This document shows, piece by piece, positions 17,120 through 28,649 of a DNA stretch of 64,000 bases (positions are counted from its first letter, which is position 1; the number at the start of each line of letters is the position of its first letter). Below the pieces are notes generated by a model, which had not been told where the DNA came from, ran no database searches, and saw only the letters and a program-made list of their open reading frames with translations. Both the position numbers and the translations under genes were made by a program. Origin of the DNA: Flaccisagitta enflata (lineage: Eukaryota); contig OZ231126.1 of NCBI GenBank assembly GCA_965153355.1, positions 2,790,001 to 2,854,000 on the forward strand. Reading direction: 5' to 3'.

Positions 17120-17607
17120 TAGAAGAACGCAGGGGGGAATTTCCAGGCGTCCGTCTGTCCTTCCGTCCTTCTGTGCTGTCCTTCCGTCCGTCCCCCCCCC
17201 CTCCTGTTGGCCATCAAGGCCTCAAATTTGCCCTCCCAGCCCTCATTTTTGCCCACAATTTTGCTCTCCAGGCCTAAAATCGGCTTTCCAGGCTTCAAAT
17301 CAGCCCGCCAGCTTCAAATCTGACCTCCAGACCTCATATCTGCCCTCAAGACCTTCAATTAGCCCTTCGAGCATCAAAACAGCCCTTCAAGCATCAAATC
17401 AGCCCTCCTTGGCTCAAATTTGCACTCCAACCTCAAATTTGCTCAACAAGCCTTGATTCTGCCCTCCAGCCTTCATAAATGCCCAGTGTTCTACAGGACA
17501 TCGGCCCTTTCAGGACGCAGCCCTGCTCTCACTCCACTTCTTCACTGGTTCACTCCCAGCAGGGCATCGGGTATTGCTGACCATGTGGGATCCTTGAATG
17601 ACTAGTT
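17120..17607 (-). mobile_element. Family B asymmetric-TIR element with internal ~21-bp tandem repeats
   Basis: GTGTTCTACAGGAC...CAGCCCTGCTC block and repeat core shared with 58967-59520. Confidence 0.65.
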
Positions 17608-17771
17608 TCCTTTTCATTTCGAGCACCCATGTCCTACCTTCGGTTGTACTTTCCCATCTACGTGACCCCTCCTCACTCCTCCCTAACCCTTACCCCCTTC
17701 CCTTCCCCCTTCCACTTTCCTTAAAATTGACTCAACTCCAGAAGTGGTTCTGAATTTTGGGGCTAAGAGGG

Positions 17772-18152
17772 GCTGATGACCTGGATGATGTCCTGGATGG
17801 TAACCTTGATGATGACCTGGATGGTGACCTTGATGATGATCTGGATGGTAATCTGGATGGTGACCTGGATGGTAACCTGAATGATGACCTGGATGGTAAC
17901 CTAGATGATGACCTGGATGGTAACCTGGATGGTTACCTTTGATTATGACCTGCATGATGACCTGAATGGTGACGATCTGGATGATGACCTGGATGATGAT
18001 CTCTATGGTAACCTGAAGAATGACCTGGATGGTAACCTGAATGACGACCTGAATGGTGAGGATCTGGATAGTAACCTGGATGAAGACCTGGATGATGACC
18101 TGGATGGTGACCTGGATGGTGACCTGGATGATGACGACCTGGATAGTAACTG
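17772..18152. repeat. 12-bp degenerate tandem repeat (GATGACCTGGAT); reads (HPGH)n on minus strand
   Basis: Direct inspection; frame break at ~17937. Confidence 0.85.
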
Positions 18153-18186
18153 TGGCGTAGAAGTTGATGATGATCTTGTTTAGTCT

Positions 18187-18886
18187 CAACAGGTCGCCCA
18201 AGGGAAATATGTGGACAGCGATACCCGTTGCCCTGCTTTGAGTGATTGTGAATTGGAGTGAGGGGAAGCAGGGCAGCGGCCCTGAAGGGGACGAAGTCCT
18301 GTTGAACACAGGGGGACTTTCGTCCGTCCCGCCTGAAGAAGTGGATGAGATGCTATGGAGGGCTGACTGAAGGCCTTCAAGAGCCTAAACTGAGGTCTAA
18401 GAAGGCTGATATAAGGCCTGAGAATGCCAATTGGAAACTTGAGAGGGCTGACTTGAGGCTTGAGAGAGCTGGATTAAGGCTTGAAAGGTCAGTGGACTGA
18501 GAGCAGTAAATTGAGGCTTAGATAGCTGATATGAAGCCTGAGAGGCCTAATTTGAGGCCTGAGAGGCCAGGTTTGAGGCCTGAGAATTTGGATTTGAGGC
18601 CTGAGAAGCCTAATTTGAGGCCTGAGAGGCCTGAGAGGTTGGATATGAGGCCTGAGAGGCCAGATTTGAGGCCTGTAAGGCTGGATTTGAAGCCTGAGAG
18701 GCTGAATTTGAGGCCTTAGAGGCCAGATTTGAGGTCTCAGGAGCCAGATTTGAGGTCTGAAGGGCCTGATGAGGGGGCTGGGGGGGACGGACAGACGGAC
18801 AGACGGACGGATGAACGAACGGACGAACAAAAGTCCCCCTGTGTTCTACAGAACTTCGTCCCCTTCAGGCTGCTGCAAAAAAAAAA
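18187..18886 (+). mobile_element. Family B asymmetric-TIR (Helentron-like) element with 21-bp repeat core
   Basis: Subterminal GGGCAGCGGCCC..GAAGTCCTGT.GAACACAGGGG and terminal CCCCTGTGTTCTACAG..GCTGC inverted repeats; near-identical to 51612-52278. Confidence 0.8.
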
Positions 18887-18909
18887 CCAGACTTTAACTC
18901 CGACTTAAA

Positions 18910-19053
18910 CTCAGAGTCAGACTCAGACTCAGACTCAGACTCAGACTCAGATTCAGATTCAGACTCAGACTCAGACTCAGACTCAGACTCAGACTCAGAC
19001 TCAGACTCAGATTCAGACTCAGACTTAGACTCAGACTCAGACTCAGACTCAGA
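18910..19053. repeat. (ACTCAG)n hexamer microsatellite
   Basis: Direct inspection. Confidence 0.9.
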
Positions 19054-19374
19054 CGCTTCGCCTGGAGCTCAACTCAGACTGAATTTGAGACATAGACACG
19101 AGGAAGGCTCTTGAGTGTTGTCTCGATTGAGAGTTTTGGATTTCAGGAGTGCGTTCGAAATGGAGTCTCGTTTGCGATTTGTATGAATGCTTTAATGTAA
19201 TTTGTGTAAATGCTTCATTATAATTTGTATGAATGTTCGACTGATATTTGTATGATAGTTGGTTGAAATTTGTAAAAAGAATTGTATCAATAAATTGTAT
19301 CAATAAAAATTTACCATGACAATACTTCGAAAAAGGTACACTTTTGAATGCTTAGTTTTGCTGATAACTGTAAG

Positions 19375-20738
19375 AACAAGGCCGGATACACGGGCCAAGA
19401 CGGTGCGCCGAGCGTTATTTATTCATAGCTATCCCTAGCTCCATCAGACCTATCCCTAGCTCTATCAGACCATTCCTAGCTCTATCAGACCTATCCCGCC
19501 GGGCATTATTAATCCATAGCTATCCCTAGCTCTATCAGACCATTCCTAGCTCTATAAGACCTATCCCGAGCTCTATCAGGCCTCTCCAGAGCTCTATCAG
19601 ACCTTTACCAAGCTCTATCAGACCTTTCCCAAGCTCTATCAGACCTATCACCAGCTCTATCAGACCTATCCCCAGCTCTATCAGACCTATCCTAAGAGCT
19701 ATCCGACCTATCACCAGACCTATCCGAAGCTCTATAAGACCTAACCGTAGCTGATTATATTAGTATCATTTATGATATATATGATATATATGATATATAT
19801 GATATATATGATATATATGATATATATGATATGATATGATATATATGATAAATATGATATGATATATGATATATATGATATGTCATATGATATGATATAT
19901 GATATGATATATGATATGATATATGATATGATATGATATATGATATGATATATGATATGATTTATGATATGATATATGATATGATATATGATATGATGAT
20001 ATGATGTATGATATGATATATGATATGATGTATGATATGATATATGATATATGACGATATATGACAGGATATATGATAGGATATATGATAGGATATATGA
20101 TAGGATATATGATAGGATATATGATATATGATATGATATATGAATAAAAAAAATATGATATATGATATATAGTATGATATGATATATGATATGAAATATG
20201 ATATGATATATGATATGAAATATGATATGATATATGATATGATATATGATATATGATATATGATATATCATATATGATGTATGATATATGATATATGATA
20301 TATATGATATGATATGATATATAATATATGATATAATATATGATATGATATATGATATATATATATGATATATATGATATATATGATGATATATATGATA
20401 TATATGATATGATATATATGGTATATATGATATCATTTATGATATATATCATTTATGATATATTAGTATCATTTATGATGAACGAAATGAGTTTTCTATT
20501 GATTTCAAACATTTTCAGCGATTTTTCATTCGAGCGTGACCGACGGATGGACGGACGGACGGACAGAGCTTCTTATAGAGATGCTACGGCGCATCCAAAA
20601 ATCATCCTGGCATATTTCTGAATCATTTCCAGTGATTTTTGCTTCTTTTCGAGATTTTCAACTCGAGCGTGACCAACCGACCAACCGACCGACCGACAGA
20701 CAGAGCCTCTCATAGAGGTGCTATGGCGCACCTAAAAA
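19375..20738 (-). mobile_element. HINE-like element carrying a ~20-22-bp tandem array and a ~700-bp (ATATG)n tract
   Basis: AACAAGGCCGGATACACGG end; AGCTCTATCAGACC repeats; (GGAC)n and TATAGAGRTGCTAYGGCGCAYC hairpin end (duplicated). Confidence 0.7.
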
Positions 20739-21602
20739 CTAATAGAAATGTTTGACCATTCAATAGCCCTTCGAAGATACTTTCATATGGCGCCAATCTG
20801 GTGTTGCTATCTTTTTTGTTCAGAAATTGCATTAGTTTGAGTTTGCCCATTTCAATTTCACAATCCATATGACGGCAAATTTTCGAAGGAAAATTGAGTG
20901 TTTCATCACACTTTTTGCATCATTAACGGAACAAAAATGAAGCTGGAATGTTTTTTGTGGACAAATTGTCTTTAAAGATACTTGTTGCATACAAATTTAT
21001 CATATTCTGACCTTAAATGTAATTTGAATCATGCAATTCACATGAGAACAAGGAAAAAAATGATGATTTTTAATGAATTTCTAATTACAATTTTTTCTAT
21101 TTTCTGAGGTTGAAATTCTAAGAAAGCCGTATACAGGGAAATTTTGCATTTTGAAAAACATAGTTCTCTCAGTAATCATTTTGGGAAGAGAACTATGTTC
21201 TTGGTTTTTGCATTTTTTCATTTTCTATGCAAATTTAGAATTTCAACCAGCCCCCTGTCAATGACAAAAGATTGAAAAAGTAAAAATTTATCAATATTTT
21301 TTTTTAGTATCATTGCCCAAACATGGTCCTCTTGCTAAATAAATGCGAAATTTTTTTTTAATATTATAACTGACCCACCTCAATCACTTTTATTAACATG
21401 TTTTTGCATTTGCATCTATTTATTTTTTCCATTTTGACCCTCTGTGAAACACAAATGTTGGCTTCGGAGGGACGCCGTCATATGTATGTGAAAGTGTATT
21501 TTAGCGCTTCTCTTTAAGGAGCTCTAGCTCCTAAACCGTTTGAGATAAGAACTTGGGATTGGTCTAGATTGAAATTGTTAATAAGTACCAATCTTCCAGC
21601 TC

Positions 21603-21669
<67 letters not shown>

Positions 21670-22708
21670 TTGTAAAGTCCGTCAATGAGGTTAAAGACAT
21701 GAATGATGATTTCTGCGATGATCACGAGTGTTTCTTTTTTTTTTCTCTCTCTTTTTTCTTCAAGTGAATTTCCAAGAATGACTTCATTTTTCATGATTCG
21801 CAAAAATCAATTCTCGAGGAATCAATGAATGAATTTTTTCTTTCGACTTTTGCAAGCACAAATTCCATGTCTTTTCTTTTCTTTTTTTTTTTTTTTTTTG
21901 CCTGCGATTAGAATTTCAAGATCCATCCTTTAGAATAAGTAGAAAAGAGAGAGAGTAAGTGGGCATATTTCCATGAAATTATGATGATAATGAGATCATG
22001 ATTTGGGATTTGATATTATCGTTGTTGAATTCTTATTATTGAGATTTTTTAGTGTTTTTTTTTCGTTGGTCGTTGAGAAGTATGGTTTTAGTGAGGAGAG
22101 AGATTTGAGTAAAGAGAGAGTTACATTTATGAGAGAGAGAGAGTGTGAGAAAGCGCGATATTGTAGTTTCATGAAGTTGGTGACACTTTGTAAAGATGTC
22201 TGGTCTCAATTTTGCTTTACATAGCCTCCTACTGGAGGAGGGGGACGAAGAAGAGAAGGAGGAGGAAGAGAAGGAGGAGGAGGAAGAGGAGGAAGAAGGA
22301 GAAGGAAAATCTCTCTCCCTTTCTTTCTCTCTCTCTCTCTCTCTCTCTCTGGGGAGTAAAGGAGGAGGAGGAGGAGGAGGCGGCGGAGGGGCGACGTAAC
22401 ACAAGATCTATGACGTGTTCGTTAAAATTACCGAGGAAAAAATTCTTAACCTTTAAACTGAAAAGAGAAAAGAAATCAATTCAGTGTTACTTTATAAACC
22501 ACGCGAACTGCGGCCCAGCATAAAGTTGAGAATTATTTCGTTATTTTCTTTATTTTTTTTTTTCCTGTGTTTTAATTCCTTGAAAGTATTTATTGTTTTC
22601 TTTTTATAGATTTATCCATCGAATTGACATCAATTGTCAGAAATTTCCAATCGGAACAATTTTTTTCCTAGAATTGCACAGAATCCGGCTAATAAACGCG
22701 TTGAGGCC

Positions 22709-23625
22709 GTTGAGGGCAAGGCACTGTGGTTTGGAATCTAGTTGAGGGCAAGGCACTGTGGTCTGGAATTTAGTTGAGGGCAAGGCACTGTGGTCTGGAA
22801 TTTAGTTGAGGGTAAGGCACTGTGGTTTGGAATCTAGTTGAGGGCAAGGCACTGCGGTCTGGAATTTAGTTGAGGGTAAGGCACTGTGGTTTTGAATCTA
22901 GTTGAGGGCAAGGCACTGCGGTCTGGAAATTAGTTGAGGGCAAGGCACTGTGGTTTGGAATTTAGTTGAGGGTAAGGCACTGTGGTTTGGAATCTAGTTG
23001 AGGGCAAGGCACTGCGGTCTGGAATTTAGTTGAGGGCAAGGCACTGTGGTTTGGAATCTAATTGAGGGCAAGGCACTATGGTCTGGAATTAAGTTGAGGG
23101 CAAGGCACTGTGGTTTGGAATCTAGTTGAGGGCAAGGCACTGTGGTTTGGAATCTAGTTGAGGGTAAGGCACTGTGGTAGACACCAGGAGTGAAATGTTC
23201 TCTGCCATTTTTTATAGTGGAGTTTGTGTATGTGAAATAGAAAACATTATTACTAAACATCAAATGATTATCAAGTAAACATCAAGTAAACATTTATGAA
23301 AGAGTCAAAAAATGTAGATCCTAACAAAATTTTTCACAGGTTGACTATGGGTTTGATCAACATGAATCCAAAGATTTTCATGAGATTAATGCCGCCGATC
23401 TCTGCAGATCACGATTTTCATGGGTATTTCAAGCAGGATTTGAACCCAGGCGAATCTACACTCCCAGCAGCTAACTATGGTTTGGAATTTAGTTTAGGGC
23501 AAGGCACTGTGATTTGGAATTTGATTGAGGGCAAGGCACTGTGCGGCTTTGGAACTCGTTTGAGGTCAAGGCACTGTGGTTTCCAATTCAGATGAGGACA
23601 AGGCACTGTGTTTTGGAATTTGGTT
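22709..23625. repeat. 32-bp minisatellite (GTTGAGGG(C/T)AAGGCACTGTGGTTTGGAATCTA), ~15 copies to 23178 plus ~4-5 degenerate copies 23477-23625
   Basis: Direct inspection; interrupted by ~300 bp unique sequence. Confidence 0.95.
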
Positions 23626-23841
23626 TAGTTTCTTTTTCTTTTTCTTTTTTTTTTTTCGTCTTTGTTATTGATGGAACGTATTCATATGGGAATCACATAT
23701 GGTTGTTTTAATGACATGAAAATGGAATTCTTTTGAAACCATTGGACGTTTCGTCTGTCAGTCGTGACAGTAATGAGCAGGAGAGAGAAACAAGTGAAAA
23801 CATAGGATATGTGCAATGTCGTTGAACAATCTTCTTTGTTG

Positions 23842-24073
23842 TTTTAGTTGCGTGCTACGCGACTCTACACCCTTCTATGTCAGTCCGTCAGTCGGTTGGT
23901 TGGTTGGTTGGTCGGTCGGTTGGTCGGTTGGTCGGTCGGTCCCCTTTTTACTTTTTTGGCGTTTTTTAGCTTTTTGAGCCTACTGCTCCTGCCCAAATGC
24001 TCTGGTGACCTTCTCCATCACTGCTCCTGCCCAACCGCACGCGACTGGGGTAGCCGTGTATCCGGCCTTGTTT
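23842..24073 (+). mobile_element. HINE-like element family A
   Basis: Same termini and structure as 15581-15799. Confidence 0.8.
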
Positions 24074-24214
24074 CTTATATAAGTCGCGGAATCGCGACCC
24101 TAGCAGGCTTTATCTGACTGTCAGTCTGTTTGTCCATGCATCCAGCCATGATGCTCATGTGCAATAGTAGGAAAATAAGCATTTGAGATATCACGGTTTG
24201 GATCGTTAGTGTTT

Positions 24215-24349
<135 letters not shown>

Positions 24350-24895
24350 TGTGTGTAAGTGTGGAAGGAGGTTTTACGCCAATGTCCACTTGGCGGCAAT
24401 GAATGAATGAATGAATGAATGAATGAATGAATGAATGAATGAATGAATGAATGAATGAATGAATGAATTAATGAATGAATGAATGAATGAATAAATGAAT
24501 TAATGAATGAATGAATGAATGAATGAATGAATGAATAAATGAATGAATGAACGAATGAATGAATGAATGAATGAATATACGAATGAATGAATGAATGAAT
24601 GAAAGAATAAATGAATGAATCTATGAATGCATGAATAAATGAATGAATCTATGAATGCATGAAAGTCGACTGAAGTAAGAGTAATCTCGCTTTTAGATGT
24701 TTAGTGCCCCTGCCCTCAACCCCACAGTTAACAGTGCATAGGTGTACTATTCCTTTGCCTTGTTGTGCAGTGTACACGCAACTGTATAATCCACCTTTTG
24801 GCCAGTTCCTTGATTTGCAATAAAAGTCTTTATCTTTGTCCTTGTCCTTGTCTTTGTTTTTATCCTTGTCCTGGTCTTTGTCCTTGTCTTTGTCC

Positions 24896-25220
24896 CAGGG
24901 GTGTATAAAGTTGAGCGGCTTTTGATTTTATTCCCCCCCTGCCTTTGATTTTCTTCCCCGCAACGCATCGCGTTGCGTTACAAAATCAATGATATTCTTC
25001 CCCACAAAGCAAAAAAACAGTAGGTTATAGGTTTAAATAGTGTCAAAATGTATTGTAGTAATCAGATACTACCATTTGGAACTACAAAAAGTGTTAAATC
25101 TTCAAAAATTTTCTTTTTTCTTCTTTTCTAGCTTTTGATTTTTTTCCCCATCTCCAAACCTTTTTATTTTAAATCCCCCCCCACCGGGGGGGGGGGAATA
25201 CTCAACTTTATACAGGCCTG
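24896..25220. mobile_element. hAT-type MITE inserted in a (CTTTGT)n microsatellite
   Basis: TIR CAGGGGTGTATAAAGTTGAG / CTCAACTTTATACAGGCCTG; 8-bp TSD CTTTGTCC. Confidence 0.88.
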
Positions 25221-25801
25221 CTTTGTCCTTGTCTTTGTCCTTGTTTTTGTCTTTGTCTTTGTCCTTGTCTCTATCCTTGTCTTATCTTTGTCTTTGTCTT
25301 TGTCTTTATCTTTGACCTTGTCCTTGTCTTTGTCTTTGTCTTTGTCCTTGTCTTTGTCCTTGTCTTTGTCCTTGTCTTTGTCCTTGTCTTTGTCTTTGTT
25401 TTTGTCCTTGTCTTTGTCCTTTTCTTTGTCCTTGTCTTTGTCCTTGTCTTTGTCCTTGATTAGTCGAAAAAGTCTTTGTCTTTCTTAGCTCAGGCAAACC
25501 AAAGGAATCCACCGGCCATTTGGCCATAAAGGACAATTTTGGGGAATCGAACCGGCAAAAAGAAAGATTTGGTCTTTATGCAATCTTTTTGTTGATAAAT
25601 GAACAAATGATTCCTTTTTCTCATCAATTTGCACTCGTCAACAAATTGGAAAGGTTAATGTAATTTTAATACTAGAGTAGTAAAAACTTGAAATTAAATG
25701 AACAGTTTCGATAAGGAATGATTGGAAATGAGATGGGAGGGGGGGGGGGGCTAAAAGATAAAATTGCTGATTGCGTGTCCTAGTTTTGGCTTGTGCGCGT
25801 A

Positions 25802-25974
25802 CAGTTACGCCTCGCTATAACGGATCCAAGAAGAACAATAAGTCGACCAAAACAAATAAAAAATCATGGTCCCTTTATATCACTTCTTATATCAACATTG
25901 GCAATAACATAAACCCATCTTTAACAAATAAAATATATTGGTTCCATGACGTTTGTTATTGCGGGGTTCGACTG
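25802..25974. mobile_element. pogo/Tigger-like short MITE (relatives at ~40783, 41159-41335, ~42480-42534)
   Basis: TA|CAGT..CCTCGCTATAAC ... GTTATTGCGGGGTTCGACTG|TA. Confidence 0.7.
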
Positions 25975-26383
25975 TACTTCTTATAAGGAACTATAACCTA
26001 TTTCTTTTAATTTTCATGACACTAATTCGAAATGGTGACTTATATGAATGTGAAATAAAGGCGGCTTTTTTCGTACGCGATCTGCGATTTGTCCTTTATA
26101 TCTTTTATAATTTTAACGTCTTGCTCCCTCAAGTTTCATTTCTTGTATTTTCCTTTTCCTTTTTTGTTTTACACATTTCGATATCAGAACAGGATGACTA
26201 AGACTTGGATGAGGCGGAACTTAAATGACTTATACGTTTGTCCATTTACGCTGTCCTTTTGCCTGTCCATTTGCTTGTCCATTTGCGCTGTCTTTTTGAC
26301 GGCGTACGGGCTTATATGGGACAAAATTTAGGAGGAGATAACCAGTACGGTGGAATGTATGACATGTGAGTGATGTGACCTCT

Positions 26384-26594
<211 letters not shown>

Positions 26595-26782
26595 ACAATT
26601 GAAAAATGTATCATGGACAATGAAAACTTTTCTTTAGCATTGAACGACAAACTCTTAGAATTTGTCACCGTAATTGTTTTACTGAATTATTTATTATTTA
26701 TTGGTACTGCGGTACTGCTCAAACAATTCATTGTTGGTGTGTTAATCACATTATGAGCAATTAAATCCAATCCAATCCAATC

Positions 26783-26879
<97 letters not shown>

Positions 26880-27022
26880 CCTCAGATTTCACATTCCCCG
26901 TGTGACCATCCCAATGGCCAAGTTGTTGTTATTCTTATCATTGAATGCCTATCCAATCCCATCACACCCTCTGCATTCCCTCTCTTCATTTCGAAGACGG
27001 GCAGCAGTAACATCCAGCGGTG

Positions 27023-27237
27023 ACAAGGCCGGATACACGGCTACCCCAGTCGCGTGCGGGTGGGCAGGGGCCGTAATTGAGGTCACCAGATCATTTGGGC
27101 AGGAGCAGTGAAGCCAAAAATCCCCAAAACCCAAAAAAAGTAAAGTGTGACGGACCGACGGATGGACGGATGGACGGACCGACGGACGGACGGACCGACA
27201 AAGCGAGGTGTAGAGTCGCGTAGCACGCGACTAAAAA
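27023..27237 (-). mobile_element. HINE-like element family A
   Basis: ACAAGGCCGGATACACGG ... AGAGTCGCGTAGCACGCGACTAAAAA. Confidence 0.8.
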
Positions 27238-28649
27238 TAAAGTTGGAGCTCCACTATATCCCTGACAAAAGCAGACATACTTTACCCTATAAGAAATAAA
27301 CCCCTATATTCATCTCAAACCTACTGAATCAGAGTTAGAATATCATGAGCTGAAATAAAACAAGGTCATTAGACCTAAGTCGCGTGCGTCGGCTCTTTCA
27401 AAAAATGTCAGGCAGACAGGCAGACAAACATTTTTTAGATAGAGATCCTTTAGAAAAACTTTGTGACAGACGAACTGACTAACAGACTGACAGACAGACA
27501 GACTGACTTACAGACTGACCAACAAACCAAAAAGTGCGTATTGATGCCTTGATATCTTTAAAATGTCCTAAAATGTTCAAAACACCTTTTAAACAACTCT
27601 GTGATGGATGGACGGACGGACCGATTGACAGACCGACCGACGGACCAAAAAGTGAATTAAAGAGTCGCGTAGCAAGCGACTAAAAACAATTTCATGTAGT
27701 GCAGGTTTAATCAAAATTAAATGATTCATTCTTTCAGTATATAAGTCAGTTATGACATGATTGAATTTATAGCTGCGATTGTGGATCGATCTAAACCGTG
27801 GCTATGCATAAAGTTTCTCATATAAGTCGAATGAATAAGAAAAGAAAAGGTTTTCTCACACCCAAAGTCTTCTTTGATCTCGTGCTAGAAAATTCATCAG
27901 TAGGCCCACCAATTAGTCAATGTATTTCGTCTTTTGCATATCGCATGTGTAAATGTGTATAGTATGCGACAGAACCAATCAGTCCATATTTTTATTCATT
28001 CATAATTGATAAAGTAATGCGAGATGGAGATTCAGACCAGGCCTGAGCTATATAGCATTTTTGTCAACTATACAATGCCAATACAATACTTTCAAGTATT
28101 GGGACAATACAATACAATACCAATACAATACAATATCCATTAAAATTGTATACAATACATCATCATAGCTTATAATACAATACAATATATATATGATTTT
28201 AATAATAAGTAAGTAGTAATATATATCAAACTAATTATAGTTAGATGATATACTAATAATTTGAAAAAAATGTAATAATCTTAAATGTAATAATCTTAAA
28301 TGTAATAAGCTTAAATGTAATAATCTTAAATGTAATAATCTTAAATGTAATAATCTTAAATGTAATAATCTTAAATGTTTTGTTGAATAAGAAGAGCTGA
28401 AAAATTTTCCTATCTTATTTCATTTTGATAAAAGTTTTATTTCATTTTTTTGTTATTCTGTCTTTATCCCTAGTATTTTTTTTTCTTACACTTTTTGTTT
28501 AATTTTTTTGTCTAGATTTGATTCTCTTTTTTTTCTGTTTTTCTTGTCATCTTATCTTATCTTCCTCTTCTTCCTCTTCATCCTCCCATCTTCTGACCAC
28601 TGATAGTTTCTTTCATAGATTCTTATTCTTCTTCTTCTTTGTCTATATT

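Noticed and set aside
18910-19053. (ACTCAG)n as interstitial telomere
   Set aside because: Not a G-rich TTAGG/TTAGGG-type repeat; ordinary hexamer microsatellite.
22709-23178. 32-38-bp repeat arrays (also 54287-55150, 61440-62067) as CRISPR arrays
   Set aside because: Units are head-to-tail with no unique spacers, there are no cas genes, and the context is eukaryotic.
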